A stretch of DNA of 64,000 nt from Patescibacteria group bacterium UBA3533 (GTDB taxonomy: Bacteria; Patescibacteriota; Minisyncoccia; Phycocordibacterales; Phycocordibacteraceae): the NCBI GenBank assembly GCA_002376865.1, contig DFOU01000011.1:16969-80968 (forward strand), read 5' to 3'. The notes beneath the pieces are model-generated. The model made no database searches. It was not told the origin of the DNA and saw only the letters and a program-made list of their open reading frames with translations. The position numbers and the translations under genes were made by a program. Of this stretch, positions 18,749 to 27,598 are shown one piece after another; the first letter of the stretch is position 1, and each line of letters starts with the position of its first letter.

Positions 18749-19441
18749 TCACGCTCTATTTTTTAGGATATTTTGCACCAGAGCCCATAATTCCTCATGA
18801 ATATCTTCCCGTGTTCGAGGCTTTCCACGCTGCGCACACGCAATTCTGTACCAAGCATTTAATTTCTTAACTATTGAAAGTGCTCTCTTTCGAGAATTTT
18901 CTTGGTATTCAAGACTCTCTTCCGTTGCGTCTTTCTTTCCTTTTGTATATTCCTTTCCTTTCTTTGCTTCTTTTAGGAGTTCTGCGGCAACTTTAACTGG
19001 CATGTCTAAATAGATAATGGCATCGGGGCGCGGAATTTTAAAAACACCATGTTCCATCTCATCAAGCCATGTAAGGAATGTTTTTAGTTTCTTTGCGTCT
19101 TGGATTTTCCCTCCTTGATGTATTTGGTTTGCACTTACATACCGATCAAGAATCACGGTATATCCTTTTTTCATCCAGTCTTCTATTTTCTTTTTTGATT
19201 CAAACCTATCTGCAGCATACAAAACCGATGCAATGTGCGGATCAGTCTTTAGGAAATCTCCATGGTCTCCAACAAGACACTCTCCTATTAGCTTCCCAAA
19301 GAAATTATTTTCGTAGTGAGGGAAATCCAGAGTACGTACAGGAATCTTTTCTTTTTTTAGACGTTTTAGAAGAAGTTCCGTTTGCGTTGCCTTTCCACTT
19401 CCATCTCCGCCATCCAGTACTATCAGTTTTCCGCGCTTCAT
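18749..19441 (-). CDS. tmk: thymidylate kinase
   Basis: P-loop GKLIVLDGGDGSGKATQ; about 230 aa. Confidence 0.85.
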   Translation of the reverse strand: MKRGKLIVLDGGDGSGKATQTELLLKRLKKEKIPVRTLDFPHYENNFFGKLIGECLVGDHGDFLKTDPHIASVLYAADRFESKKKIEDWMKKGYTVILDRYVSANQIHQGGKIQDAKKLKTFLTWLDEMEHGVFKIPRPDAIIYLDMPVKVAAELLKEAKKGKEYTKGKKDATEESLEYQENSRKRALSIVKKLNAWYRIACAQRGKPRTREDIHEELWALVQNILKNRA

Positions 19442-19498
19442 ATTGGAGCAATTGTACCTTATTTTGTTAATTTTTGAGCGTGGTAAAATTCTCTCTAT

Positions 19499-20344
19499 AT
19501 GAAGAAATATCTGAACCTGTTAGACGACGTATTAGAAAATGGAGTAGACCGAGAAGGACGAAATGGAACAACCCGTGCAGTCTTTGCACGCCAAGCCCGC
19601 TTCAATCTAGAAGATGGCTTCCCTGCAGTTACTACAAAGAAACTTGCCTGGAAGGCAGTAGTGTCTGAGCTCCTTTGGTTTATCGAAGGTTCAGGAGACG
19701 ATAATCGTCTAAAAGAAATTCTAGGGAAAGATAAAACCATCTGGAGCGCTAATGCGAATGCTGACTACTGGAAACCAAAGGCAAAATTCGATGGAGACCT
19801 TGGACGAGTGTACGGCGTGCAATGGAGATCTTGGCAAAAGCCCGATGGAAGTACAGTAGATCAATTGGCTGAGGTTATCGAGCGCATTAAAAATGATCCC
19901 TATGATCGAAGATTAATCGTAAGCGCTTGGAATCCAGGAGAGCTAGACCTTATGGCACTTCCTCCTTGTCATATGTTCTTCCAGTTTTTTGTAACTCCAG
20001 ATGAGTCTGGGAAGCCTGCAAAACTGTCACTGCATATGGTGCAACGAAGTTGTGATCTGTTCCTTGGAGTTCCATTTAACATTGCATCGTATGCCCTCCT
20101 TCTTTCTATGGTGGCGCAAGTAACGGGACTTAAACCATTTGAGCTTGTTATGAGCTTTAATGACCTACATATATATGGGGATCATATGGATGCAGTAAAG
20201 GAGCAGTTGAAGCGAGAGCCTATGGACCTCCCTACTCTTAAGCTTAATCCTGATGTTAAAAATATTGATGATTTCACAATGGATGATATTGAACTAGAAG
20301 GCTACAAATCGCACGACACCATAAAGGCAAAGATGGCGGTGTAG
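19499..20344 (+). CDS. thyA: thymidylate synthase (ThyA type)
   Basis: LLWFIEGSGD, RVYGVQWRSW, IVSAWNPGELDLMALPPCHMFFQFFV (catalytic Cys). Confidence 0.95.
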   Translation: MKKYLNLLDDVLENGVDREGRNGTTRAVFARQARFNLEDGFPAVTTKKLAWKAVVSELLWFIEGSGDDNRLKEILGKDKTIWSANANADYWKPKAKFDGDLGRVYGVQWRSWQKPDGSTVDQLAEVIERIKNDPYDRRLIVSAWNPGELDLMALPPCHMFFQFFVTPDESGKPAKLSLHMVQRSCDLFLGVPFNIASYALLLSMVAQVTGLKPFELVMSFNDLHIYGDHMDAVKEQLKREPMDLPTLKLNPDVKNIDDFTMDDIELEGYKSHDTIKAKMAV

Positions 20345-20368
20345 AATATAAAAGGAAAGGAGACGATT

Positions 20369-20899
20369 ATGGCTATCAAAATCATTGCAGCAATTGGAGA
20401 TAAGCGTCTCCTGGGAGTTGTTAAAGACGGAAAGCATGGTCTTCCGTGGCGAATTCCTGAAGACTCAAAACATTTTAGCCACAGCACAAATGGTGCGGTA
20501 GTTATTATGGGAAGATCTACATGGGAATCTTTGCCAGATAGGTTTAGGCCTCTTCCGGATCGAACAAACTTTGTTCTTACAAGAAATCCTGATTATAGAG
20601 CAGAGGGCGCTAGAGTTTTCCCTGGTCTACATGAAGCACTTGAGGTTGCAGAAACTTTAAGTGACAAGACCATTTGGATTATGGGAGGCGCTAGCATCTA
20701 CGAGCAGGCACTCCCTATCGTCGATGAACTCTCTCTTACAATTGTAGAGGAAGAGCTCCTTCCTCCACCAATGGGAGGAGAGGAGCGCATTCTCTTCCCA
20801 GAGTACGAGCATCTTTTTGAATGCATAGACTCAACTCCTCGCATGCGCTCAGACAATAAAAATATTCCATACCGCTTTCAAACTTGGAAGCGAAAATAA
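20369..20899 (+). CDS. folA: dihydrofolate reductase
   Basis: IKIIAAIGDKRLLG...GLPWRIPEDSKHFSHSTNGAVVIMGRSTWESLP; AAGGAAAGGAG RBS. Confidence 0.9.
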   Translation: MAIKIIAAIGDKRLLGVVKDGKHGLPWRIPEDSKHFSHSTNGAVVIMGRSTWESLPDRFRPLPDRTNFVLTRNPDYRAEGARVFPGLHEALEVAETLSDKTIWIMGGASIYEQALPIVDELSLTIVEEELLPPPMGGEERILFPEYEHLFECIDSTPRMRSDNKNIPYRFQTWKRK

Positions 20900-20902
20900 G
20901 GA

Positions 20903-20940
20903 AAGGGCTTGGAGTTATCTCCAAGCCCTTTATTCTTTTG
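20903..20940 (+). terminator. bidirectional terminator between folA and the convergent HAD-like gene
   Basis: aagggcttggag / ctccaagccctt stem followed by tattctttt. Confidence 0.6.
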
Positions 20941-21631
20941 CATTAATCCGCCTAAGCAATCCTGCCCAGTCTGCAATGTAGCCACAGTTCTTCGGACGAA
21001 TGAAGTCTGCGCTGTCTTTTGCATTGTAGTGATGCATGAAGAGCATTCGCAGAGTCGCAAGTGAATCATCTCCTGGTGCAAGCTGACGCTTCTTGTCATC
21101 TACGAATAGATCATATTCGTGAAGGACTTGCGTCTTATCTTTTGCACCAAACACCATTGGCACGTGAAGACCGTGCGCTTTACACCAATTCTCTACAACC
21201 TCGGCCGAAAAACCAGGTCCGCGAGAAGTAACGATGCTCACGTCATGTCCTGCTTCTACAAGTTCCTTGATCGCAGCAATTGCTCCAGGAATCTCAGGAA
21301 TATTCTCCGCATACTCAGGGCGCTCATAGAGCACTTGCTTCATAGCTTCATATTCCTCAGAAGTCACACTCAGGAGTGTTCCATCCTGCTGATGTGACTT
21401 ATCTTCAAGCACCCATTCTTTGGTGAAGGTATACAATGGCGTACGGCCACTGTATACAGCCACAATCATCTTGCGATATTCTTCAGAAAACGGAACCACA
21501 TTATCGTTCCCCAGATAGGGACCCTTCATGCTGTCACCATCTTCGAATTTGCCGTACATTTCCATGAGCACAAGACGACGAGCCTCATGCACATTGGCAA
21601 TGACGCCGGACCAATCAAGTCCTATTTTCAT
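20930..21631 (-). CDS. HAD-like hydrolase, possibly a 5'(3')-deoxyribonucleotidase-like enzyme
   Basis: N-terminal MKIGLDWSGVI (degenerate HAD motif I), IVTSRG (motif II), YDLFVDDKK (motif IV-like). Sits in the dNMP metabolism cluster. Confidence 0.35.
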   Translation of the reverse strand: MKIGLDWSGVIANVHEARRLVLMEMYGKFEDGDSMKGPYLGNDNVVPFSEEYRKMIVAVYSGRTPLYTFTKEWVLEDKSHQQDGTLLSVTSEEYEAMKQVLYERPEYAENIPEIPGAIAAIKELVEAGHDVSIVTSRGPGFSAEVVENWCKAHGLHVPMVFGAKDKTQVLHEYDLFVDDKKRQLAPGDDSLATLRMLFMHHYNAKDSADFIRPKNCGYIADWAGLLRRINAKE

Positions 21632-21671
21632 CTTGATACTCCTTTTTCTTCTGTGGAGAAGGTACCGTATC

Positions 21672-21702
21672 TAAATGAAAAAACAACCCGTGTGGGTTGT
21701 TT
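21672..21702 (-). terminator. terminator downstream of rplK
   Basis: aaaaaacaaccc gtgt gggttgttttttc, a hairpin with flanking A/T runs. Confidence 0.6.
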
Positions 21703-21708
21703 TTTCTC

Positions 21709-22128
21709 TTACTCTGTATCGACTCCCATGGAACGAGCTGTTCCTGCGATAACCTTCTTTGCTTGCTCTAGATCTTTTGCATTGAGGTCATCCATCTTTT
21801 CAGTTGCAATTGCTGCGAGCTGATCTTGAGATAGCTTTCCTACCTTAGAAACGTTTGGCTTTCCTGACCCCTTTGGCTTTCCAATTGCCTTAAGGATAAG
21901 CCTAGAAGCTGGAGGTTTCTTAAGTGTGAATGTAAATGATCGATCATCATATACAAATAAGTCTACAGGAATGATGTCTCCCATCATTTCCCGTGTCTGG
22001 TCGTTGAACTGGTTTACGAAATCACCGATGTTGATTCCAGCCGGTCCAAGAACAGTTCCAACAGGAGGGGCTGGTGTTGCCTTCCCTGCGGGAATCTGGA
22101 GTTTAATTTTCTTTACTATTTCTGCCAT
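21709..22128 (-). CDS. rplK: 50S ribosomal protein L11
   Basis: KIKLQIPAGKATPAPPVGTVLGPAGINIGDFVNQFN. Confidence 0.9.
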   Translation of the reverse strand: MAEIVKKIKLQIPAGKATPAPPVGTVLGPAGINIGDFVNQFNDQTREMMGDIIPVDLFVYDDRSFTFTLKKPPASRLILKAIGKPKGSGKPNVSKVGKLSQDQLAAIATEKMDDLNAKDLEQAKKVIAGTARSMGVDTE

Positions 22129-22145
22129 ATGCCTCCGTATACTAC

Positions 22146-22691
22146 TTATATTTTCTTAACCTGCAAGAAGTCGAGCTCAACCGGTGTCTCACGCCCAAAC
22201 ATAGACACAAGAACCTTTACCTTTCCTCGCTCCTCATCTACCTCTCCAATCTTTCCTTCAAGCTCCTTAAATGGTCCGTCTGTGATGGTAACTGCATCAT
22301 CAACCTGTAGGTCAATCTTATGCTTAACCACCTCAGTGTTCATTCGATTCATAAGCTGATCTACTTCAGCCTGACTCATAGGTACCGGATGGATTCCTGA
22401 TCCTACGAACCCTGTTACTCGTGGAGTGTTTCGAACCACATACCATGAGTCATCATCCACGATCATTTTTACAAGGATGTATCCAGGATATACACGCTCC
22501 TCTTCTGTTACGCGCTTCCCTGCCTTTACCTTGATCTTCTTCTCAGTTGGAACAACAACCTCATAGATCTTGTCTTCCATTCCAAGAGACTCGATTCGCT
22601 GCCTTAGATTTCGTGCAACGGCATTCTCATACCCTGAGTATGTGTGAATCGCATACCAATGCGCATCTGCTGTAATTTCTTGTTTTGCCAT
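22146..22691 (-). CDS. nusG: transcription termination/antitermination factor NusG
   Basis: [14 protein letters not shown]...KOW-like C-terminus [30 protein letters not shown]. Conserved secE-nusG-rplK order. Confidence 0.9.
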   Translation of the reverse strand: MAKQEITADAHWYAIHTYSGYENAVARNLRQRIESLGMEDKIYEVVVPTEKKIKVKAGKRVTEEERVYPGYILVKMIVDDDSWYVVRNTPRVTGFVGSGIHPVPMSQAEVDQLMNRMNTEVVKHKIDLQVDDAVTITDGPFKELEGKIGEVDEERGKVKVLVSMFGRETPVELDFLQVKKI

Positions 22692-22693
22692 AT

Positions 22694-22876
22694 TTAGAAG
22701 ATGAACTGCTCAGCAATACTAGTAAGTACAAAGTCGAACGCTCCTAGAAGTGCTGCAACAAAAAGTGAAATACCAATAACAAGTAGCGAGTATGCAATGG
22801 CTTGCCTGCGTGTTGGCCATGAGACATGCTGCATCTCTCCACGTACGTCCCGTAAATAATTGAAGAATGATTTCAT
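22694..22876 (-). CDS. secE: preprotein translocase subunit SecE
   Basis: 60 aa, single TM segment, directly upstream of nusG. Confidence 0.7.
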   Translation of the reverse strand: MKSFFNYLRDVRGEMQHVSWPTRRQAIAYSLLVIGISLFVAALLGAFDFVLTSIAEQFIF

Positions 22877-22914
22877 GATTTTAAAAAAGCCCTTCCGGGC
22901 CCTTACTTACTTGG

Positions 22915-22942
22915 AGTATAGCACTTATCTGCCTTAGGTCAA
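22915..22942 (-). promoter_or_regulatory. sigma70-like promoter for secE (TTGACC, 16 bp spacer, TATACT) followed by a short GC hairpin plus T6 in the leader
   Basis: Minus-strand ttgacc taaggcagataagtgc tatact, then gcccggaagggc tttttt, 12 nt before the secE ATG. Confidence 0.4.
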
Positions 22943-22959
22943 TAGAAAAGGACGGCCTG

Positions 22960-23325
22960 TTAGGGCCGTCCCACTTTCTTGCGATTGTAGATTTCCAGAG
23001 GACTTGTAGGGCCAGTAGGGCCAGACTTAGCTGGAACAACTGGCTTTTTCTGCGCAGCTGTAGCAAGCTCCTCCACCTTAGCGGCAATTTCCTCTGAGGT
23101 ACTCCCAGTGGCGTACGTTGAGAGAAAATAACCCCAGGAGTGCGAACCTTGCTTTACCCTTCCCCTTACACGCTTAACAAGATTATTATATGAAATAACA
23201 TCTCCAAAGATTTTGGGGAATTCTTCGTACAGAAGTCCTGCAACTTCTTCAAAGGACTTTCCTTCCATTATCTTTTTTGCAATGAATTGCAAAATTTCAT
23301 TGGTCCAAGAGATTCGAAATCCCAT
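22960..23325 (-). CDS. hypothetical protein (121 aa)
   Basis: AAGGAGG RBS, 6 nt spacer. Stop codon embedded in the ggacggccc / gggccgtcc terminator hairpin. No recognised domain. Confidence 0.45.
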   Translation of the reverse strand: MGFRISWTNEILQFIAKKIMEGKSFEEVAGLLYEEFPKIFGDVISYNNLVKRVRGRVKQGSHSWGYFLSTYATGSTSEEIAAKVEELATAAQKKPVVPAKSGPTGPTSPLEIYNRKKVGRP

Positions 23326-23369
23326 GAGAACCTCCTTCTTTTGCCTGCGCTTGGTATAGCACAGCCTAT

Positions 23370-23407
23370 TTACAAAGAAAAGGGGCGCCTCAAAAAGAGA
23401 CGCCCCT
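23370..23407 (-). terminator. intrinsic terminator after the GC-rich 306-aa gene
   Basis: aggggcg / cgcccct stem, then ttttctttg on the minus strand. Confidence 0.6.
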
Positions 23408-23426
23408 GTTTGCCGACTGGTGAAAG

Positions 23427-24347
23427 CTAGGCTTTCACTTTCGGCTTCTTGAAAGTATTCGGAGGTTGCGGCGACTTGCCTTTGGTGGCAATCGTACGCT
23501 GCCGATCGAGCTCAGCACGCGCAGCCTTCTTGGCAGCAGCTTCAGCCCGTGAACCCTTCTTCTTGGGTCCGGCTTTGTGGAGCGAAACGACATTGTCGTT
23601 CCTGCCACCGAAGCGACCGTCATAGAAGCGCTTGTAGAGCCCTTCGAGACGGCGATTCACGCCTTCATTCGCCTGGTCACGATACTTCGTGACGAGAGAG
23701 CGAAAGCGCTGGCGCGACTCCGGCGAGAAGGATTCCGGATGCTCACTCGCATGGCCGATCAGCCAATGCATCGTCTTGTCCACATCCCTTTCAATCGTCT
23801 GCTCGATGATATCCAGAGTGCGAACGGTAACGAGCTCCTTGAGTTCGTCCATCTCGACGGAAGAATCGTAGGCTTTGCCGCCCTGGTTCGTAAGGCGAAC
23901 CTTGCGACCGGTTGCCGTCAGCACGATGATGCTGGCGTCTTCAGGCAGGAGCCAAAGCTCCTCTCGAGAAGTCACCTTCCCGCTGCGCTTGACGGTGCCG
24001 GCGTCGATCTGCTCGGCGCTCGAATTGTTCGGAGCATACACTCCGTGCTGAGCGACCTGTGTGTCCTTCACGCCGTAGCCGGTATGCACGAGCACGATGA
24101 TGTCGTTCCCCGCACCTTTCTCCGAAAGATGCGGTTCATCCCCGTGCAGGAAAAGCTGCTCGAACGGCGTATGCTGGAGCTTGCCGTAAAAACGAATGAA
24201 TCGCTCCCAGCCGCCAGACTCTCGATTGCCCAAATACAGAGCACTCGTGCTGTTGGGCGTAAGACCAGAGATTCTGATCCCAGCCGTAGGCGTAGCGTCA
24301 GAGAGAATGGTGATGGCGTTCGCGGTATTCGAAACGGGAACTTGCAT
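23427..24347 (-). CDS. hypothetical protein (306 aa), strongly GC-rich (about 58%), Lys-rich basic C-terminal tail
   Basis: ACAGGAGGGTTCC then ATG. Flanked by terminators on both sides. GC-rich third codon positions. No confident domain assignment. Confidence 0.55.
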   Translation of the reverse strand: MQVPVSNTANAITILSDATPTAGIRISGLTPNSTSALYLGNRESGGWERFIRFYGKLQHTPFEQLFLHGDEPHLSEKGAGNDIIVLVHTGYGVKDTQVAQHGVYAPNNSSAEQIDAGTVKRSGKVTSREELWLLPEDASIIVLTATGRKVRLTNQGGKAYDSSVEMDELKELVTVRTLDIIEQTIERDVDKTMHWLIGHASEHPESFSPESRQRFRSLVTKYRDQANEGVNRRLEGLYKRFYDGRFGGRNDNVVSLHKAGPKKKGSRAEAAAKKAARAELDRQRTIATKGKSPQPPNTFKKPKVKA

Positions 24348-24377
24348 GGAACCCTCCTGTGAAAAAAGTTTCGAAGA

Positions 24378-24407
24378 TCAAATAGAAAAGAGGACCTCAT
24401 GTCCTCT
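24378..24407 (-). terminator. intrinsic terminator after the SIMPL-domain gene
   Basis: agaggac ctcat gtcctct hairpin, then ttttctatttg on the minus strand. Confidence 0.55.
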
Positions 24408-24445
24408 ATCTAATACTATTATACCACCTGTGTAGTATTTGTCAA

Positions 24446-25249
24446 CTATCTGATTTCGTACGTAATATTTACGCGAGCGGTAATCTCACTCTCTCCTACT
24501 GGGATTTCAGGTGTTGCACTTCCTCCCTTTGCATACGCTCCATCAAATGAAGCCTCGTACATAGGGTATCCGTATCGATCACTGCTCTCCCAGAAGCCAA
24601 CAACTCGCACAAGACTTACCCCAAGATCCTTTGCAAGGGTTCGAGCCTTGTCTTTTGCTTCTTTAATAGCCTCTTCTCGAGCTTCAGCTTGAATCTTGTC
24701 TAGATCATCGATCTCGAAGTTTGGTCCGTGAATGTTTTGTACATTCATCTCTCCAAGACCTCCAAGAACCACCCCTACTTGGTCTAGGTCCCGAATTTTC
24801 ACCGATACACTCTGACTTACCTCATACCCACTAAGTACCTGCTCTCCTCCCCTACACGATACACCCGGCAGACATGTTGTCTGAAGGTAGTCATACTGAG
24901 GATATACATTGTATGAATTTGTCTTGATATCCTTGTCTGCAATATCCTGATCATCAAGGTGTGCAAGCACTGAGCTTATAAGCTCTGTTGTCTGCGACTG
25001 TGCTGACGCAACAGTGTCTTCCTCAAAAGAAACCGTGAATGAGATTGTTGCAATATCTGGCACTGCAACCGCCTCCCCCACTCCCTCAACTGAGATAGTG
25101 TTTGTGGCAGGAACACCACTTCCGATAAATCGAAGCTCCATTAATCCTGCTAATGTTTGCACTGCCAAAAATGCAGCAAGGAGAAGAAATACTGCAGTTA
25201 CTGCATTGTTTTTCTTATACTCCACAATTTTTTCAAATATTTCTTTCAT
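24446..25249 (-). CDS. SIMPL-domain (DUF541, YggE-like) periplasmic protein
   Basis: Signal/TM anchor, then SVEGVGEAVAVPDIATISFTV...QSVSVKIRDLDQVGVVLG...EAREEAIKEAKDKARTLAKDLG. Confidence 0.7.
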   Translation of the reverse strand: MKEIFEKIVEYKKNNAVTAVFLLLAAFLAVQTLAGLMELRFIGSGVPATNTISVEGVGEAVAVPDIATISFTVSFEEDTVASAQSQTTELISSVLAHLDDQDIADKDIKTNSYNVYPQYDYLQTTCLPGVSCRGGEQVLSGYEVSQSVSVKIRDLDQVGVVLGGLGEMNVQNIHGPNFEIDDLDKIQAEAREEAIKEAKDKARTLAKDLGVSLVRVVGFWESSDRYGYPMYEASFDGAYAKGGSATPEIPVGESEITARVNITYEIR

Positions 25250-25326
25250 ATGCGGGCAGTATATCAGTTTGGTTTACTTTTGTATTTAGTGCAGGTATGG
25301 TGGCACTAGAAAGAAAGGAGGTTCTC

Positions 25327-25761
25327 ATGGAACTTACAGAGACCATTATCGACCTGCCACCTGAAGAAGACTCTGATGAGTTCCTTCGGGTGAGAAAATG
25401 TGAGTTTGACCCAAACTCAGGTATTGAAACTGAGTATTGGATTCAACGAGTTGCACCGATTGAGGGAGGTCTTATCACTGTCCTTGGTAGTGCAAGATAC
25501 ACAGAGCGTGGGTTCTTGCTTCTTGTTGAGAAGATCATGCCCCACATAAAGCCGAAACTTCTTGCAGGGAATCCAGATGGCACCTTTCAGGTGACATATG
25601 AATTCCATGGAGGGAGAGACAATTACAGACTTCGCAGAACTACAGGAAGCGGAGCTCTGTCGGATCAAATGGTTCTTTCAAAAGAAGAGCTCAAAACAAC
25701 AGTGGAGGCATTGTCGTGGCTAGAACTACTCAGAGCATTGGTGCGAAAACTTGCCCGATAA
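25327..25761 (+). CDS. hypothetical protein (144 aa)
   Basis: GAAAGGAGGTTCTC then ATG (MELTETIIDLPPEE...). The start context is near-identical to that of the 22960-23325 gene. Confidence 0.45.
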   Translation: MELTETIIDLPPEEDSDEFLRVRKCEFDPNSGIETEYWIQRVAPIEGGLITVLGSARYTERGFLLLVEKIMPHIKPKLLAGNPDGTFQVTYEFHGGRDNYRLRRTTGSGALSDQMVLSKEELKTTVEALSWLELLRALVRKLAR

Positions 25762-25967
25762 CAGGCAATACGTATGAACTTTTTCTTGTCTCTGATCCGG
25801 GTGAAAGGTGTGCGATGACAGAAGTTGTTGGCACCACAAGATCTGGGACGAAGTTTAAAGTAACAAGCCTTCCTCTGGAAATTGATAAATGGAGGTCAGG
25901 ACTTGTTCTTGGACTTAAGTCCTCAGCACCTCCTAGGGGGCTGTAATAGAAATATTACGGCCTCTTT

Positions 25968-26477
25968 TTATTTATAGAGCTCTACTGTCTTTGCCACCTC
26001 CTCACAAATACCATCAATACACTCTAGTTTTTGAACTTCTTCTGCATTTACCCATGTATGGTCATCAAAACACCCCTCCTCAAGAACCACATCTCCACTT
26101 TTATATGAGACAGCAAGTTTAATAAGCACTACAGGAATACCGTCTGGCCGAATAAAGGTGTTGGAGTTAATAAATTTAAAGTCGTCATTTAATTCAACAC
26201 CTGCCTCTTCCATTGTTTCTCTTTTAAGGAGAGCTTCTACAGAATCGAGATAATCGAGCACTTCTCCATTTAGACGAGTTGGATGCTCTAGATCAAAATC
26301 TTGCCACTCCATCTTTCCTCCTGGTGTTGCCCACCTTCCAGGGTGCACCTTTTCAGTTTCTGAGCGCTTTAACAAAAGACATCGTCCATCTTCTTTTCGG
26401 TATACGAGTGCATTTGCAACAAAATAAAAGAGCTTATCTTTTTTTGCCTTTTCTGTGCTGATTTCTTTTGCTGGCAT
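25968..26477 (-). CDS. NUDIX hydrolase
   Basis: Nudix box GGKMEW...LKRETMEEAGV. Confidence 0.8.
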   Translation of the reverse strand: MPAKEISTEKAKKDKLFYFVANALVYRKEDGRCLLLKRSETEKVHPGRWATPGGKMEWQDFDLEHPTRLNGEVLDYLDSVEALLKRETMEEAGVELNDDFKFINSNTFIRPDGIPVVLIKLAVSYKSGDVVLEEGCFDDHTWVNAEEVQKLECIDGICEEVAKTVELYK

Positions 26478-27103
26478 TATAGTGAGACGCTACTTACAAC
26501 TTCTTCTACTGTTTGTAGATCTTCAAGATCTTCTATATCAAAGTCTTCCATCCAATTTTCTACTGCAATGTCTCGTAGCGCTACAAGAACCAAGAAATCC
26601 TCAAGGAAAATTCCATACGTTACCTCTACTGTTGCTTCAAATCGCTCATTTACAATTCGATACGCTTCCCTCTCTCCTATAGTTACTACTTCAAAATCTT
26701 CAAGAGATTCTGGGTGCAAGTCAGATGGTGTAAGCGTTACCTTTTCTAAGAGAGCTTGCTCTTTGTCTCCTGTTTTAAATGCGTGAACACTAATGCTGTT
26801 TGAAATTACACTTGGTTCTTTTGAGTAGAATCCTAGACGCCCTTCAACTATTGAAGAGAGTAGCGGGAGCGTGTCTATAAATCCATTGGGTGCGGTAAAT
26901 GAGATTGGATCTGTACTACATGCTTCAAACTCACACTGGGGGCCTGTGCGTCCTACTGCAGAACCATCTGGGCAGATGCGGGCTTCAAGCGTACAAGCAA
27001 TGGGTCCTTCAGGAGCGCTTCTGTCCCGAAGTGCATTTTGATAAAGAAAACTACCGAGCCCTAATAGAATAATGAGTACAACACCAAGGAATAATTCTTT
27101 CAT
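26477..27103 (-). CDS. membrane-anchored/secreted hypothetical protein with a Cys cluster
   Basis: Start at MKELFLGVVLIILLGLGSF (TM); CTLEARICPDGSAVGRTGPQCEFEAC. Confidence 0.45.
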   Translation of the reverse strand: MKELFLGVVLIILLGLGSFLYQNALRDRSAPEGPIACTLEARICPDGSAVGRTGPQCEFEACSTDPISFTAPNGFIDTLPLLSSIVEGRLGFYSKEPSVISNSISVHAFKTGDKEQALLEKVTLTPSDLHPESLEDFEVVTIGEREAYRIVNERFEATVEVTYGIFLEDFLVLVALRDIAVENWMEDFDIEDLEDLQTVEEVVSSVSL

Positions 27104-27138
27104 TCTGTAAGTATACTTGCTCACGGCAAATATAAAAT

Positions 27139-27167
27139 TTGACACTTATATTGTATATATGCATAAT
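27139..27167 (+). promoter_or_regulatory. sigma70-like promoter (TTGACA, 17 bp spacer, CATAAT) for the 27207 gene
   Basis: tttgacacttatattgtatatatgcataat; correct spacing; about 40 nt before the ATG. Confidence 0.5.
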
Positions 27168-27206
27168 CTAGATTAGAAACATCAGAAGCAATCAGGAGAT
27201 GCCAAG

Positions 27207-27584
27207 ATGGCAGAGTTTCAACTTATAGACCTTGGTGAAGGAAACGGTGGGGACGGCGAGGTGCGGGACAACTTCAGAGACGCACTGCGTGATCTTTATG
27301 CTCGCATCCAACATGTTCATGAACACAGAATTCTGACACAGCAGTGGCTGGAAACAGCTATATGGATTCGCATAACACACACTGTCACCGAACTGACTGG
27401 GCCAATCTATTTCTATGATGCACGTGATATCGCGCACCATTATGGTCTTGTTGATGATGGCGGGAAAACCATCAAAGACGATGTGCAAGAGCCTGATGAG
27501 GATATATTACTCGAAGCGGCCTTGTTGTGTGCTGCCCAAGGCACCGCCAAAGAATACATCGAGAATCTCAAGGCCGTAGCTTGA
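27207..27584 (+). CDS. hypothetical protein (125 aa), GC-elevated
   Basis: CAGGAG RBS, own promoter and terminator (27599-27640); about 50% GC. Confidence 0.5.
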   Translation: MAEFQLIDLGEGNGGDGEVRDNFRDALRDLYARIQHVHEHRILTQQWLETAIWIRITHTVTELTGPIYFYDARDIAHHYGLVDDGGKTIKDDVQEPDEDILLEAALLCAAQGTAKEYIENLKAVA

Positions 27585-27598
27585 GCAATGCTATTGGC

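Noticed and set aside
23577-24362. 261-aa plus-strand ORF antisense to the GC-rich 306-aa gene
   Set aside because: High GC suppresses stop codons on both strands. The minus-strand gene has a consensus RBS, an ATG and terminators on both sides, and the plus-strand ORF has none of these.
25716-25946. 76-aa ORF 25716-25946 (plus) and a possible 44-aa internal gene with a GAAAGGTG RBS
   Set aside because: It overlaps the end of the 25327-25761 gene in another frame. It is short, has no terminator and no recognisable features, so there is insufficient support.
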